This document shows, piece after piece, positions 18,144 to 28,330 of a DNA stretch of 64,000 bases. Position numbers and translations under genes: made by a program. A model generated the notes under the pieces. That model worked only from the letters and a program-made list of their open reading frames with translations, ran no database searches and was not told the origin of the DNA. The stretch comes from Bdellovibrionota bacterium (GTDB taxonomy: Bacteria; Bdellovibrionota_G; JALEGL01; DATDPG01), in NCBI GenBank assembly GCA_963668355.1, contig OY764265.1, forward strand, positions 1,312,001 to 1,376,000. Reading direction: 5' to 3'. The number at the start of each line of letters is the position of its first letter. Position 1 is the stretch's first letter.

Positions 18144-19300
18144 CGAAGCGAAACATTCCCTGGTCCAAAAAAGTGGCGCATATCGATCCGTATATATTGG
18201 GGCCCACCGTTTTGCTCATCGGTCTGGGTACGATCATGATCTACAGTGCAAGTTCTTTGCTTGGCATTGAGAAATTTGGAGACAGTTTCTTTTTCCTAAA
18301 AAAACAAATCTTTAATTTGTTCTTAGGATGTGTCGGAATGGCAGCGATTTTTTCGCTGAAAGTGCGTGGCCTTAGGAAGCTGGCTTTCCCAGGTTTGCTT
18401 GTTTCGGGTGGTTTGCTGGTGGTTACGCTGTTTTCTTCCGCGGGAATCGAAGCGAATCATGCGACCCGTTGGTTGTCTCTAGGCGGATTCCGCTTTCAAC
18501 CTTCTGAATTTGCAAAACCATTGATCATTCTTTATGTCGCAGCCTACTTGGCGAAACGCGGAGAGAGCATTCGCGATTTTCGTCATGGCTTGTTGCCACT
18601 TTTGCTGCAAGTTGGCGTGTTTCTGCTCCTGATTCTTAAACAACCAGATTTTGGAACGACCGTGGTTTTGTCGTTGGTGGTGGGAATCATGTTGTTTGCA
18701 GGCCACGCAAAACTTTCTCATTTGGGAGCGTTGACCGGATTGGGAATGTCGGCAGGGATTGCTTTGATTCAGTTTTCCACCTACCGACGGGAACGCCTTT
18801 TGTCTTTTTTAAACCCTTGGGCCGACGAACAAGGAAAGGGTTTCCAAATCATTCAATCCTTCATCGCCTTCCAACATGGCGGAGTAACCGGACAGGGTTT
18901 GGGAGACGGTTCTCAAAAGTTGCTCTACCTTCCTGAGGCCCATACAGATTTCATTTATTCGGTTGTCGCCGAGGAGTTGGGTCTTTTTGGTACGGTGGGA
19001 ATCATTGTGTTGTTTACCGTTCTGGTGGTGCAAGGCTTGAAATTGGCCATACGAATTCGGGATCCCTTCGCCTCCAACCTGGCCTTAGGGTTAACTTCTT
19101 TAATTGGCATCCAAGCCTTTTTCAATATGGCCGTGGTTATGGGGTTGGTTCCAACCAAGGGATTGACCCTCCCTCTCATCAGTTATGGAGGAACGTCTCT
19201 CATCGCAACCATGACGTGTTTGGGTGTTCTCATGTCTCTCTCTTCGTCTGTCGCCTTGTCGGGCCAGCCGACGCGCCGTCGAAAAAGGGGGTCGAGTTGA
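18140..19300 (+). CDS. ftsW: SEDS peptidoglycan glycosyltransferase FtsW
   Basis: FQPSEFAK, QPDFGT, LPEAHTDFI, EELG, PTKGLTLPLISYGG. Confidence 0.96.
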   Translation: MTKRNIPWSKKVAHIDPYILGPTVLLIGLGTIMIYSASSLLGIEKFGDSFFFLKKQIFNLFLGCVGMAAIFSLKVRGLRKLAFPGLLVSGGLLVVTLFSSAGIEANHATRWLSLGGFRFQPSEFAKPLIILYVAAYLAKRGESIRDFRHGLLPLLLQVGVFLLLILKQPDFGTTVVLSLVVGIMLFAGHAKLSHLGALTGLGMSAGIALIQFSTYRRERLLSFLNPWADEQGKGFQIIQSFIAFQHGGVTGQGLGDGSQKLLYLPEAHTDFIYSVVAEELGLFGTVGIIVLFTVLVVQGLKLAIRIRDPFASNLALGLTSLIGIQAFFNMAVVMGLVPTKGLTLPLISYGGTSLIATMTCLGVLMSLSSSVALSGQPTRRRKRGSS

Positions 19301-20367
19301 GAGTCTTGATGGCAGCAGGTGGAACCGGAGGACACGTGTTTCCCGCGTTGGCCATAGCCCGCGCATTTCAGGAAAAGCGAATGAACGTCCAAATTCTCTT
19401 CGTCGGAACCCCACGAGGCATGGAGAAAGAGCTGGTGCCTTCAGCCGGTTTCCCGCTGGAACTTATGCAGGTGAGCGGGTTGAAGGGAAAAGGATGGTTT
19501 TACCGGATCAGAAGTTTAATGACCCTTCCAAGAGCTTTTTTCAGCTCATGGAAATTGCTCAAAACGTTTCGGCCCGACACGGTGTTTGGAATTGGCGGAT
19601 ATGCTTCGGGGCCCATTTTGTTGATGGCGGCGTTAACTGGAAAAAAAACAGCCATCCTGGAGCCCAACGCCGTCGCAGGATTGTCCAATCGTGTGCTGGG
19701 AAAATTTGTGTATCGGGTGTTTGTGGCCTTCCAAGAAGCGGGACACTTCTTCGCTTCCAAAAAAGTAATTCATTCGGGAAATCCCATCCGAAAAGAAATT
19801 CTCAATGTTCCCCCTCCCAGCTTCGAGGCGAATAAATTGAAGGTTTTGGTCTTTGGTGGTTCTCAAGGGGCCCGAAGCATTAATCAGGCCGTCATCGACG
19901 CGCTTCCAAAATTAAAAGAAAGCGGAATTGAATTTTCCTTCATTCATCAAACGGGTTTGAAAGATGAAAAACGGGTTCGTGAAGCATTCTTGGCTCAAGG
20001 CATTGAAGCCGATGTGTTTGCATTCTCCGGAGAGAATATGGCTCAAGCCTATGAGCAATCTCATGTGGTGTTGGCTCGGGGAGGATCCAGTGTTTTGGAG
20101 ATTGCTGCCTGCGGTCGTCCGTCCATTGTCGTTCCCTATCCCTTTTCAGCAGATGATCATCAATGGGCCAATGGTTGCGTCATGCAGAAAGCCGGGGCCT
20201 CTGTTCTTGTGAAGAATGATGATCTCAATGGCTCGTGTCTTGCTGGTCATTTAATCGAACTTGCGAAGAATTCAGAAAGATTAAAAGAAATGAGTCATTG
20301 TGCACGAAAGCTTCGGTTTGATCAGGCTGCGGAACGGATTGTAGAGGAAATAGAGGAGATGAGTTGA
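19297..20367 (+). CDS. murG: Lipid I GlcNAc transferase MurG
   Basis: GGTGGHVFP, GGY, GNPIR, GGSQGA; TTG 19297 overlaps the ftsW stop. Confidence 0.96.
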   Translation: MRVLMAAGGTGGHVFPALAIARAFQEKRMNVQILFVGTPRGMEKELVPSAGFPLELMQVSGLKGKGWFYRIRSLMTLPRAFFSSWKLLKTFRPDTVFGIGGYASGPILLMAALTGKKTAILEPNAVAGLSNRVLGKFVYRVFVAFQEAGHFFASKKVIHSGNPIRKEILNVPPPSFEANKLKVLVFGGSQGARSINQAVIDALPKLKESGIEFSFIHQTGLKDEKRVREAFLAQGIEADVFAFSGENMAQAYEQSHVVLARGGSSVLEIAACGRPSIVVPYPFSADDHQWANGCVMQKAGASVLVKNDDLNGSCLAGHLIELAKNSERLKEMSHCARKLRFDQAAERIVEEIEEMS

Positions 20368-21749
20368 TGACGGACAAGGGGCGAGTTCATTTTGTGGGGA
20401 TCGGTGGCGTAGGCATGAGTGGCCTGGCGGAGATTCTTTTGGCGTCTGGTTACTCCGTCAGTGGCAGTGACGTTAAGGCTAACCGGTACACCGAACGACT
20501 TGCCGGTTTGGGTGCGAATATTCACATCGGACATCGCGCGAATCAGGTTCATGGATCGAAAACAGTTGTTTTTTCTTCGGCCATTGATTCGGAAAATGTC
20601 GAATTGAAAGAAGCCGCCAAAGAAAAAATCACCATTCTAGCGCGTGCCGACATGCTTGCGGAATTGATGCGAAAGAAGCAATCCATTGTGGTGGCCGGTT
20701 CACATGGAAAGACCACAACCAGTGCCATGATTGCAACGTTGTTGATGGAAGCAGGTTGTGATCCCACAGCGGTCATTGGAGGAAGTCTCAAGAAAATCGC
20801 AAGCAATGCCCGAATGGGAACGGACGAGTGGTTTGTATGTGAATCTGATGAAAGCGATGGTTCATTCTTGAAACTCCTTCCCACGATTGGCGTCATCACG
20901 AATATTGATAGTGAGCACCTCGATCACTACGGTTCGTTTGGAAAACTCGAAAAGGCTTTTGAGGATTTTGCCAATCGTGTTCCGTTTGATGGGGTAACGG
21001 TGATTTGCAGCGATGACCATCATTGCAATCAATTGCTTTCGAAGGTTGAAAAGCCCGTTCTCTTGTATGGAATTAAGCAGGCAGCCAATGTTGTAGCAAA
21101 AGATGTTGAATTATTGCCAGACTTGGTTCGGTTCTCTCTCCTCAAAGATCTAAAGTCCGTTTGTACGGTGGCGATCCCCACAACCGGAAAGCATAATGTC
21201 CTGAATGCTCTGGCAGCCGCTGCGGTTGGTTTGCAAACGGGATTGAGTGGAAAGGAAATCAAACGAGGGTTGGAGGCCTTTGGGGGCATTGAGCGTCGTT
21301 TGGAACTAAAAGGAGAGGTGAACGGGGTTCGTTTGATTGATGACTATGCTCATCATCCTACCGAAATCAAAGCCACGTTAGATTCTTTGAGATTCATGGC
21401 CAACGGAGGCGCGCTTCGTCTCTTGGTTCAGCCACATCGTTTTTCACGACTTAGAAATCATTGGGATGAATTCGTAAACGTTTTTGATGGCGTGGAGGAG
21501 TTGATTTTGGCTCCTGTGTATCGAGCCAGTGAGGAAGAAATTCCGGGGATCGACAGTCAAAACTTGATGCAAGCCATTCATGATCGAGGCCGAACAAATG
21601 TTCGATGTGCGGAAAATTTGGAAGCAGCCGCCGAAATGCTCGTTGAGAACGTGCAATCGGGCGACTTGTTGGCGACGCTTGGTGCTGGGGACATCACATA
21701 CTGCGCGCCGCAAATTTTGGAAGGTTTAAGAAGGGTGAAGGGAGACTGA
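20364..21749 (+). CDS. murC: UDP-MurNAc:L-Ala ligase
   Basis: HFVGIGGVGMSG, GSHGKTTT, ESDESDGSF, DDYAHHPTE, QPHR. Confidence 0.97.
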   Translation: MMTDKGRVHFVGIGGVGMSGLAEILLASGYSVSGSDVKANRYTERLAGLGANIHIGHRANQVHGSKTVVFSSAIDSENVELKEAAKEKITILARADMLAELMRKKQSIVVAGSHGKTTTSAMIATLLMEAGCDPTAVIGGSLKKIASNARMGTDEWFVCESDESDGSFLKLLPTIGVITNIDSEHLDHYGSFGKLEKAFEDFANRVPFDGVTVICSDDHHCNQLLSKVEKPVLLYGIKQAANVVAKDVELLPDLVRFSLLKDLKSVCTVAIPTTGKHNVLNALAAAAVGLQTGLSGKEIKRGLEAFGGIERRLELKGEVNGVRLIDDYAHHPTEIKATLDSLRFMANGGALRLLVQPHRFSRLRNHWDEFVNVFDGVEELILAPVYRASEEEIPGIDSQNLMQAIHDRGRTNVRCAENLEAAAEMLVENVQSGDLLATLGAGDITYCAPQILEGLRRVKGD

Positions 21750-21754
21750 AAGGT

Positions 21755-22522
21755 TTGAAAAGAAAAGCCACCAGAAAGAAAACCTCAACTCCAAGGCTCT
21801 CAAGGGTCTTGTGGTTTCTGTGTGCGGGAGCATGCATGATTGGGGGCGCTCTTTTTGTGGCTCGAAGCAAGGCTTCTCTTCCTTTCGAAGTGAGAAACTT
21901 GAAGGTGAACGGACTCAAAACATTGCAGAACATTGATCTCTACGAATTTACAGGGATCCAAAAAAACACACCGTTATTTGGAAAGTGGATGGACGATGTT
22001 TTGGAGCGTGTAAGGGCCAACCCACGGATTGCGGAGGCCACCATTTTTAGAAATTCCACGGGAGAAGTGGTGGTTCAGGTCGCAGAGCATCAGGCCTATG
22101 CGCTCATCAATCTTGAGCGACTGTTTTTCATCAATGGCGAAGGAATCATTTTGGATGAGGCCAGACTGGGATCGACGGAAACCAGAGATCTTCCAGTTAT
22201 CACCGGGCCTTGGAGTGGAAAAAAATGGACAGGTGAATGGACACAACATGCGAAAGAAGCCGTTCTTTTATTGAAAATGTTGTCCAATGACACACTGCCA
22301 GAAAAGAAAATTTCAGAAGTCCATTTTAGCGAACGGTTGGGGTGGATTGTTTATGAGATCGGGTCGAAGGCCCGCATCATCGTAGGAAATGACGATTTAC
22401 GTCGTCGAACGGAACGCTTGAGGCGAGTGTTGCGTGAAGTGAAGAAGCATAAATCGAGTGTGAGAGAGATCGATTTGAATTTCTCAGACCGTGTGGTGGT
22501 CAAACTTAAGGACACTGCTTAG
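21755..22522 (+). CDS. ftsQ: Cell division protein FtsQ/DivIB
   Basis: Basic N-terminus, single TM, POTRA-like region, IDLNFSDRVVVK end; directly upstream of ftsA. Confidence 0.88.
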   Translation: MKRKATRKKTSTPRLSRVLWFLCAGACMIGGALFVARSKASLPFEVRNLKVNGLKTLQNIDLYEFTGIQKNTPLFGKWMDDVLERVRANPRIAEATIFRNSTGEVVVQVAEHQAYALINLERLFFINGEGIILDEARLGSTETRDLPVITGPWSGKKWTGEWTQHAKEAVLLLKMLSNDTLPEKKISEVHFSERLGWIVYEIGSKARIIVGNDDLRRRTERLRRVLREVKKHKSSVREIDLNFSDRVVVKLKDTA

Positions 22523-22538
22523 CAGTAGAGGGAGTGTT

Positions 22539-23768
22539 ATGGCGAAGAAAGACAATCTAGTTGTTGGCTTAGACATTGGAACCACGAAAGTGGTGGCCAT
22601 CGTGGGAGAGGTTACCCCAGAGGGGATTGATATTGCGGGGATTGGAGTGAGCCCTTCAAGGGGTCTTCGCAAAGGGGTTGTGATCAATATTGATTCCACG
22701 GTGCAGTCCATTCAAAAAGCTGTTGAAGAAGCCGAGCTCATGGCGGGTTGCGAGGTTCATTCGGTTTATGCCGGGATTTCGGGCGGACATATTCGGGGAT
22801 TCAATAGCCATGGAATTGTGGCTGTAAAAGACAAGGAAGTTCGACAGATCGATGTTGATCGTGTTGTCGATGCGGCCAAGGCTGTCGCCATTCCGTTAGA
22901 TCGCGAAGTTCTCCATGTCATTCCACAAGAATTCATTGTGGATGACCAAGATGGAATTCGCGATCCCGTTGGAATGTCGGGAGTTCGTTTGGAATCCAAA
23001 GTGCATATTGTGACAGGAGCCGTGACTTCCGCGCAGAACATCGTCAAGTGCTGCAATCGATGTGGCCTCCAGGTGGAAGACATCGTCTTAGAGCAATTGG
23101 CTTCGGGAGAATCTGTTCTGACCGCAGATGAAAAAGAGCTTGGCGTGGCCATGATTGACATTGGGGGTGGGACAACGGATCTCATTGTGTTCTCACAGGG
23201 TTCCATTCGACACTCTGCCGTTCTGGCTTTGGGTGGAAATCACGTCACCAATGACATTGCTGTAGGCATTCGAACTCCGACGAAAGAGGCCGAATCGATC
23301 AAGCATCGTTTTGGATGCGCCATGACTTCCATGGTGGAACGCGATCAGATTATCGAGGTTCCCTCAGTAGGTGGTCGAAAACCCAGATCCATTTCCCGAC
23401 AGCTCTTGTGCGAAATCATTGAGCCCAGGTTGGAGGAAATTTTTGAGCTGGCCAAAAGAGAAATCGAACAAGCGGGACATTGGGACAATTTGGCGTCAGG
23501 CATTGTGATCACGGGCGGAACTTCGATCTTGGAAGGGGCTCCGGAGTTGGCAGAGCGTGTATTTGACTTACCCGTTCGAAGGGGAGTTCCCATGGAAGTG
23601 GGAGGTTTGGTGGATGTGGTTTCCAGCCCCATTTATGCAACGGCTGTGGGCCTTGTGATGCATGGATACCAAGAATTTAATCGACCTCGACGCATAAGAG
23701 GTCAGGAGGAGACGGTGGTTGCAAAAGTCACCTCTCGAATGAAGCAGTGGTTTGGAGAGTTTTTTTAA
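22539..23768 (+). CDS. ftsA: Cell division protein FtsA
   Basis: GLDIGTTK, DIGGGTTD, C-terminal amphipathic helix MKQWFGEFF. Confidence 0.98.
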   Translation: MAKKDNLVVGLDIGTTKVVAIVGEVTPEGIDIAGIGVSPSRGLRKGVVINIDSTVQSIQKAVEEAELMAGCEVHSVYAGISGGHIRGFNSHGIVAVKDKEVRQIDVDRVVDAAKAVAIPLDREVLHVIPQEFIVDDQDGIRDPVGMSGVRLESKVHIVTGAVTSAQNIVKCCNRCGLQVEDIVLEQLASGESVLTADEKELGVAMIDIGGGTTDLIVFSQGSIRHSAVLALGGNHVTNDIAVGIRTPTKEAESIKHRFGCAMTSMVERDQIIEVPSVGGRKPRSISRQLLCEIIEPRLEEIFELAKREIEQAGHWDNLASGIVITGGTSILEGAPELAERVFDLPVRRGVPMEVGGLVDVVSSPIYATAVGLVMHGYQEFNRPRRIRGQEETVVAKVTSRMKQWFGEFF

Positions 23769-23807
23769 AAAAGGGCATGACTTCGAAAAGAAGGGAGAGA
23801 AAAAAGT

Positions 23808-25001
23808 ATGTTTGAGTTTGTAGAAACTACGAATGTAGCAAAAATAAAAGTGATTGGTGTCGGTGGAGGCGGCGGAAACGCTGTCAATACAATGATAACG
23901 GAAGGTTTGGCCAAGGTGGATTTTGTTGCGGCCAACACGGACCTTCAAGCATTGGATGCTTCCCGCGCGGATGTAAAGATTCCACTGGGTGGAACCCTGA
24001 CCAAAGGTTTGGGTGCGGGTGGAAATCCAGAAGTTGGACGAGAAGCCGCCATGGAAGACCGGGAACAATTGACAGACGTTCTTTCCGGAGCCGATATGGT
24101 GTTTATTACCGCCGGTATGGGTGGGGGAACAGGAACAGGCGCCGCCCCTGTCATTGCTCAAGTGGCCAAAGATTTGGGGGCGCTCACCATTGGGGTTGTG
24201 AGTCGACCTTTCGTGTTTGAAGGAAAGCGAAGGCGACAATACGCCGAACAGGGCGTCGAAGAATTAAAAAGCGTTGTGGATACGTTGATCACGATTCCGA
24301 ACCAACGCTTGATCAACATCGCGGGAGAAACAACGTCCATTTTAGATGCTTTTAAAAAAGCTGACGAAGTGTTGCTTCAAGCGGTTCAGGGAATCAGTGA
24401 CTTGATTACGATTCCTGGTTTGATCAACTTGGATTTTGCCGACGTTCGAACGATCATGAATGGCCAAGGCATGGCCATGATGGGAACCGGCGTTGCTTCG
24501 GGAGAGCGAAGAGCTTTGGAATCGACTCATCGAGCCATTTCTTCTCCGCTCTTGGAAGATGTGGATATCAGTGGTGCAACCGGCATTCTGTTGAATATCA
24601 CAGGTAGCTCCAACACCACTCTGCATGAAGTCAATGAGGCTGCGGTAGTGATTCAGGAAGCCGCACACGAAGATGCCAATATCATTTTTGGCGCTGTCAT
24701 TGATGAACGCATGGGGGATGATATTCGGATTACGGTCATTGCAACGGGATTTGATAAGGCCGTTCCGGAACCGGTGGTTTACCGGCCGACGACAGTTGCT
24801 CGTGAAAGTGCGCCGATGTCTTCAAAACCTCTTCCCGAAGAGGTCGTTCCAGAAGAAGAAAGTGCGGCTACGTCATCGTTTGTGAAAAAACGAGAAGTCG
24901 ATTCACTCGAATTTCGAAAGCGAGTCAGAGAACTCGGCCTGGAAACGTTTGAGGAAAATGAATATGACATCCCAACGTTTCTAAGAAAACAGGTCGACTA
25001 A
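23808..25001 (+). CDS. ftsZ: Cell division protein FtsZ
   Basis: GGGTGTG, NLDFADV, C-terminal DIPTFLRKQ. Confidence 0.99.
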   Translation: MFEFVETTNVAKIKVIGVGGGGGNAVNTMITEGLAKVDFVAANTDLQALDASRADVKIPLGGTLTKGLGAGGNPEVGREAAMEDREQLTDVLSGADMVFITAGMGGGTGTGAAPVIAQVAKDLGALTIGVVSRPFVFEGKRRRQYAEQGVEELKSVVDTLITIPNQRLINIAGETTSILDAFKKADEVLLQAVQGISDLITIPGLINLDFADVRTIMNGQGMAMMGTGVASGERRALESTHRAISSPLLEDVDISGATGILLNITGSSNTTLHEVNEAAVVIQEAAHEDANIIFGAVIDERMGDDIRITVIATGFDKAVPEPVVYRPTTVARESAPMSSKPLPEEVVPEEESAATSSFVKKREVDSLEFRKRVRELGLETFEENEYDIPTFLRKQVD

Positions 25002-25016
25002 TCATTGTTAACCCCC

Positions 25017-25078
25017 GGGGCAGGGCTCATTTAGAAAAGAAGCCCACTTTTTCGAGTCCTGCCCCCTCTCCCTTTTTA
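25017..25078 (+). terminator. Long stem-loop after ftsZ (probable terminator or 3' structure)
   Basis: GGGGCAGGGCTC(25017-28) pairs with GAGTCCTGCCCC(25054-65), with inner GAAAAG/CTTTTTC pairing; followed by a pyrimidine/T tract. Confidence 0.6.
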
Positions 25079-25182
25079 AGTCTTTCTCTTTGTTCTCTCA
25101 TGCATGATTTGGCTTTCCATTGCTGGCAAGCCTGTGCTTTACAGAAGCATTTCACCCTTCTAAACTTTCACATCGAGGCAGA

Positions 25183-26586
25183 ATGCAACATCGAATTCCC
25201 AATAAAGTACGAGCCATAAAAACCAAAGCCGACCAGGCCTATGCCCAGCAAAAATGGAAAAAGGCCTTGGGATTTTATCTGGAGCTTTGTCAAGAGATGC
25301 CGGGCGATGCTCGGATTCGACAAAGACTGGGAGACACCTTCAATCGGGCCGGGAAACAAGAAGAAGCCATATTGGAATACAAAGCCGCCGTTTCGATCTA
25401 TTCCAACGACGGTTTTTGGGCAAAGGCCATCGCATTGAATAAAATGATTCTAACGATCGACCCACAGGATCTCGAGGTTCAGAGGAAATTAGCCGATATG
25501 TATGCACAGCAGGATACAAGTTCGGTGACCAATCCCGAGGCAAAACCCTTGGTTGATTCTCCCCCTAAGAAAGCGCTGGAAAATGCGGCCATTTCCATTT
25601 CGGGGTTGGAGCCTCGCGATTTCGAAACATCGCCCGAAGAACATGGGTTTCTTGGAGGTACGATTTCGATTTCTGGAGAACAGCCCCGGTCGATGGATGA
25701 ACCTGAACAGATTGAATCTTTGGAGGAGCACCTCGGAGTTCCCCTTCAAGCGTCTCGCTCCATTCCATTGCTCTCCGAAATGAGTCCAGACGAATTCACG
25801 GCCGTTCTGGATCGGCTGACTGTCCGACACGTTTCCTCAGGGAGCGTAATCTGTAAAGAAGGGGGGCCTGGTGATTCCATGTTCATTTTGTCTGAAGGCG
25901 TGGTGGATGTAAGCACGGTAGATAAACGGGGCACACGGGTTTCATTGTGCCAATTGCATGGTGGTGATTTTTTTGGGGAATATAGTCTGCTCACCAAAAA
26001 ACCGAGAAATGCCACGGTTCAAGCTTCCTCGGATGTCGAATTATTGGAGATTTCTTGGGATGACTTTGAGTTCATTGCCGCTCGGTATCCGAGAGTGTGG
26101 AATATTTTAGAGGACTACCTTCGGAATCGAATGATGGACGGGATTCTGCAACGCTCTCCCGTCTTCCGAGTTCTTTCTCCGGATGAACGGCAAGAACTCC
26201 TGAAATTGGTGAATACGCAACGGGTTAAGAGTGGAGACCTCGTGATGGAAGAAGGCTCCCCAGGAGATCAGATGTATTTCGTAAAATCCGGAACCCTGGG
26301 TGTGACGATTGTGCAAAAGAAAGAGCATCTGAGTGTGGGAGAGCTTCAGCCAGGAGACTATTTTGGAGAAGTTTCTCTTCTGACCGGAAAGCCACGTACA
26401 GCAACCGTTATGGCCAAAACAGATTGTGAATTGTTTGTCTTGACGCGTGTGGATGCCGCCCCTGTATTCAAGAAAAATCGAGATCTTTTGGTTCGCTTGA
26501 AAGAGGAAATGGTTTCTCGGGCCCAAGAGACAGCCGATGCGTTTCAAAGCTATCAAGAGGCACGAAAAACACTCGACCTGGTTTGA
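25183..26586 (+). CDS. TPR + tandem cyclic-nucleotide-binding domain protein
   Basis: N-terminal TPR helices; two cNMP domains with FGEYSLL..PRNATV and FGEVSLL..PRTATV; no HTH or enzymatic output domain. Confidence 0.85.
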   Translation: MQHRIPNKVRAIKTKADQAYAQQKWKKALGFYLELCQEMPGDARIRQRLGDTFNRAGKQEEAILEYKAAVSIYSNDGFWAKAIALNKMILTIDPQDLEVQRKLADMYAQQDTSSVTNPEAKPLVDSPPKKALENAAISISGLEPRDFETSPEEHGFLGGTISISGEQPRSMDEPEQIESLEEHLGVPLQASRSIPLLSEMSPDEFTAVLDRLTVRHVSSGSVICKEGGPGDSMFILSEGVVDVSTVDKRGTRVSLCQLHGGDFFGEYSLLTKKPRNATVQASSDVELLEISWDDFEFIAARYPRVWNILEDYLRNRMMDGILQRSPVFRVLSPDERQELLKLVNTQRVKSGDLVMEEGSPGDQMYFVKSGTLGVTIVQKKEHLSVGELQPGDYFGEVSLLTGKPRTATVMAKTDCELFVLTRVDAAPVFKKNRDLLVRLKEEMVSRAQETADAFQSYQEARKTLDLV

Positions 26587-26597
26587 GTCTTTGACAA

Positions 26598-28259
26598 CTA
26601 TCTTCGACTGGCGCGTCTTCGACGCGTGCTCCGACTAGATTTCTTACGTTTGGACCTGTCTGGGGCTGAGCTTTTATCAATCTTAGCCACGGAGTTTTCA
26701 TAAAGGTCGCGTACACTTCGCGTGAGGTGGCTATCTGGGAACTGATCAAAGAATGCAAGGGATCCAGAGATGACTTGGTTATCTAGACTTTCTTGGGAAA
26801 GAATTTTCAAAAATTCAACGTGGTCTTTTTCGGTGCCTTGGTTGCCGGAAAGGATGTCCTGGTACACTTGTTTGGCAGCCAAGAGATCTCCCTTTTCTCG
26901 AAGAATTTCGGCAAGCTTTCTCTGGTACGTAAAAGGTGTTTGGCTGCGGTCAATCAATTTTCTCAGGAATGCGGCGGCTTCAGCATGTTTCTGTTGCTTT
27001 TCAAAGAGGGAGACAAACGTTTCCAGCAGTTGGATATTGTTGGGATCCTTCTTCAGAGCATCGTAAAGATGAAGCGTCGCTTTTCCGTAATCCTTTGTGG
27101 CTAAAGCGATTTGAGCCAAAAGAACCTTGGTCGGTAAATCCTTTTCGAGTTGCTGCTTTCTATTCTCCAGGAATTCAATGGCTGCTTTGGCTCCCTGGCT
27201 CAACCAGATGTGTTTGGCTCTCAAACGAATGATGGCCGGATGGTCTGGATTTCGTTTTTCGGCATAAGCCAACATTTTCGAAGCGTTGATTAAGTCCGTT
27301 TCGGAGGGAGAGAGTGCGGCCCGGTTTAACCATCCTTCTGTGGCTCCCAATAGCGCGGAAAAATGTGTGGGTTCCAAAGAAAGAGCTCCTAGAAAACCCG
27401 AAATGCCGGCGGAGATCACTTTGGAATTTTTTCCTTCAATGGCCTGACTGGATTCCAAGAGCATTTCTTCCAGGGACTTTGTTGTTGGCTGTGCTTGGGT
27501 TAAGACGCTCTGAAACCAATCTTGTTCTTTCTGGTTTTGCCAGTTTTTCCACATGACAGGTCCATTCGAGGCGAAGAAAGCCAAAGCAGCCCCAGCACCC
27601 ACAAAGAGAAACATTTCAAAGATAAAGTTGAAGAGTTTTTCGCCAGACTTCTTTTTGGGAGGGCGAGAATGTTCTAGATAATTTTGGGCCTCAGCGATTT
27701 TTTCATCATTTCCAAACATATCCGCAGTGCCTGGATATTGATCAATGCGGAAACGGGAACCGTCCGGCGAAATGATGATGTCTTTTCCTCGAATTTCACC
27801 TCGTTCAATGGCCGCACGCAGCGCAGAACAATAGTGAAACGTAAACTGTTTTCCCCGACGACCTTCCACCACCCATTGCGACTCTTCATACTCTTCCATG
27901 AATTGAGCGTGAGCACTTAAAGGTTTCTTTTCTGGTTCGTGAGAGGTTTTGGAAAAAGGAACTTTCCCCGTCGGACGTGACCTGTATTCACATCCCACCA
28001 GCTCGACCACTTCCATGTCTTGGTCCGTGTGAATTTTCTCGATGGAAATACCCCGATCACATTGGGGGCAATGGGTTTGAAAGGGTTGAGAATTGTAGGC
28101 GCTCTCAGAAACCGTAAACACGTAGTCACAATCCAGGCAGACAAAATAGGTTCCCCGAAACTTCGCGGGGGCGGGATTGCTGGAAGCGAGATCCGACACA
28201 GAAGACCCCTTGATTCGGGTTTCCGGTCGGGAAAATAATTCTTGATCCAAAAATTCCAT
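26598..28259 (-). CDS. Zn-ribbon + GYF-like + TM + TPR protein
   Basis: CLDC...CPQC; W.VEG..G.QFTF...LR.AI.RG.I...D.I (GYF_2-like); TM FIFEMFLFVGAGAALAFFA; TPR-like helices; Arg-rich tail. Confidence 0.7.
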   Translation of the reverse strand: MEFLDQELFSRPETRIKGSSVSDLASSNPAPAKFRGTYFVCLDCDYVFTVSESAYNSQPFQTHCPQCDRGISIEKIHTDQDMEVVELVGCEYRSRPTGKVPFSKTSHEPEKKPLSAHAQFMEEYEESQWVVEGRRGKQFTFHYCSALRAAIERGEIRGKDIIISPDGSRFRIDQYPGTADMFGNDEKIAEAQNYLEHSRPPKKKSGEKLFNFIFEMFLFVGAGAALAFFASNGPVMWKNWQNQKEQDWFQSVLTQAQPTTKSLEEMLLESSQAIEGKNSKVISAGISGFLGALSLEPTHFSALLGATEGWLNRAALSPSETDLINASKMLAYAEKRNPDHPAIIRLRAKHIWLSQGAKAAIEFLENRKQQLEKDLPTKVLLAQIALATKDYGKATLHLYDALKKDPNNIQLLETFVSLFEKQQKHAEAAAFLRKLIDRSQTPFTYQRKLAEILREKGDLLAAKQVYQDILSGNQGTEKDHVEFLKILSQESLDNQVISGSLAFFDQFPDSHLTRSVRDLYENSVAKIDKSSAPDRSKRKKSSRSTRRRRASRR

Positions 28260-28276
28260 CGTTTCTTCCTAAAAAG

Positions 28277-28293
28277 AGCAGCGATCGTGCCAG
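28277..28293 (-). promoter_or_regulatory. sigma54 (RpoN) -24/-12 promoter
   Basis: Minus strand CTGGCACGATCGCTGCT is GG-N10-GC with TGGCAC, 17 nt upstream of ATG 28259. Confidence 0.8.
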
Positions 28294-28317
28294 TTTTGGA
28301 AACTCAAATGCTGAGCC

Positions 28318-28330
28318 TAACCACTTGAAA
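28318..28330 (-). promoter_or_regulatory. IHF-like site upstream of the sigma54 promoter
   Basis: TTTCAAGTGGTTA versus WATCAA-N4-TTR (1 mismatch), AT-rich flank, about 25 bp upstream of -24. Confidence 0.55.

Noticed and set aside
25109..25137. Two TGGC...TGC motifs upstream of the cNMP gene
   Set aside because: Both are GG-N9-GC; sigma54 needs N10 spacing.
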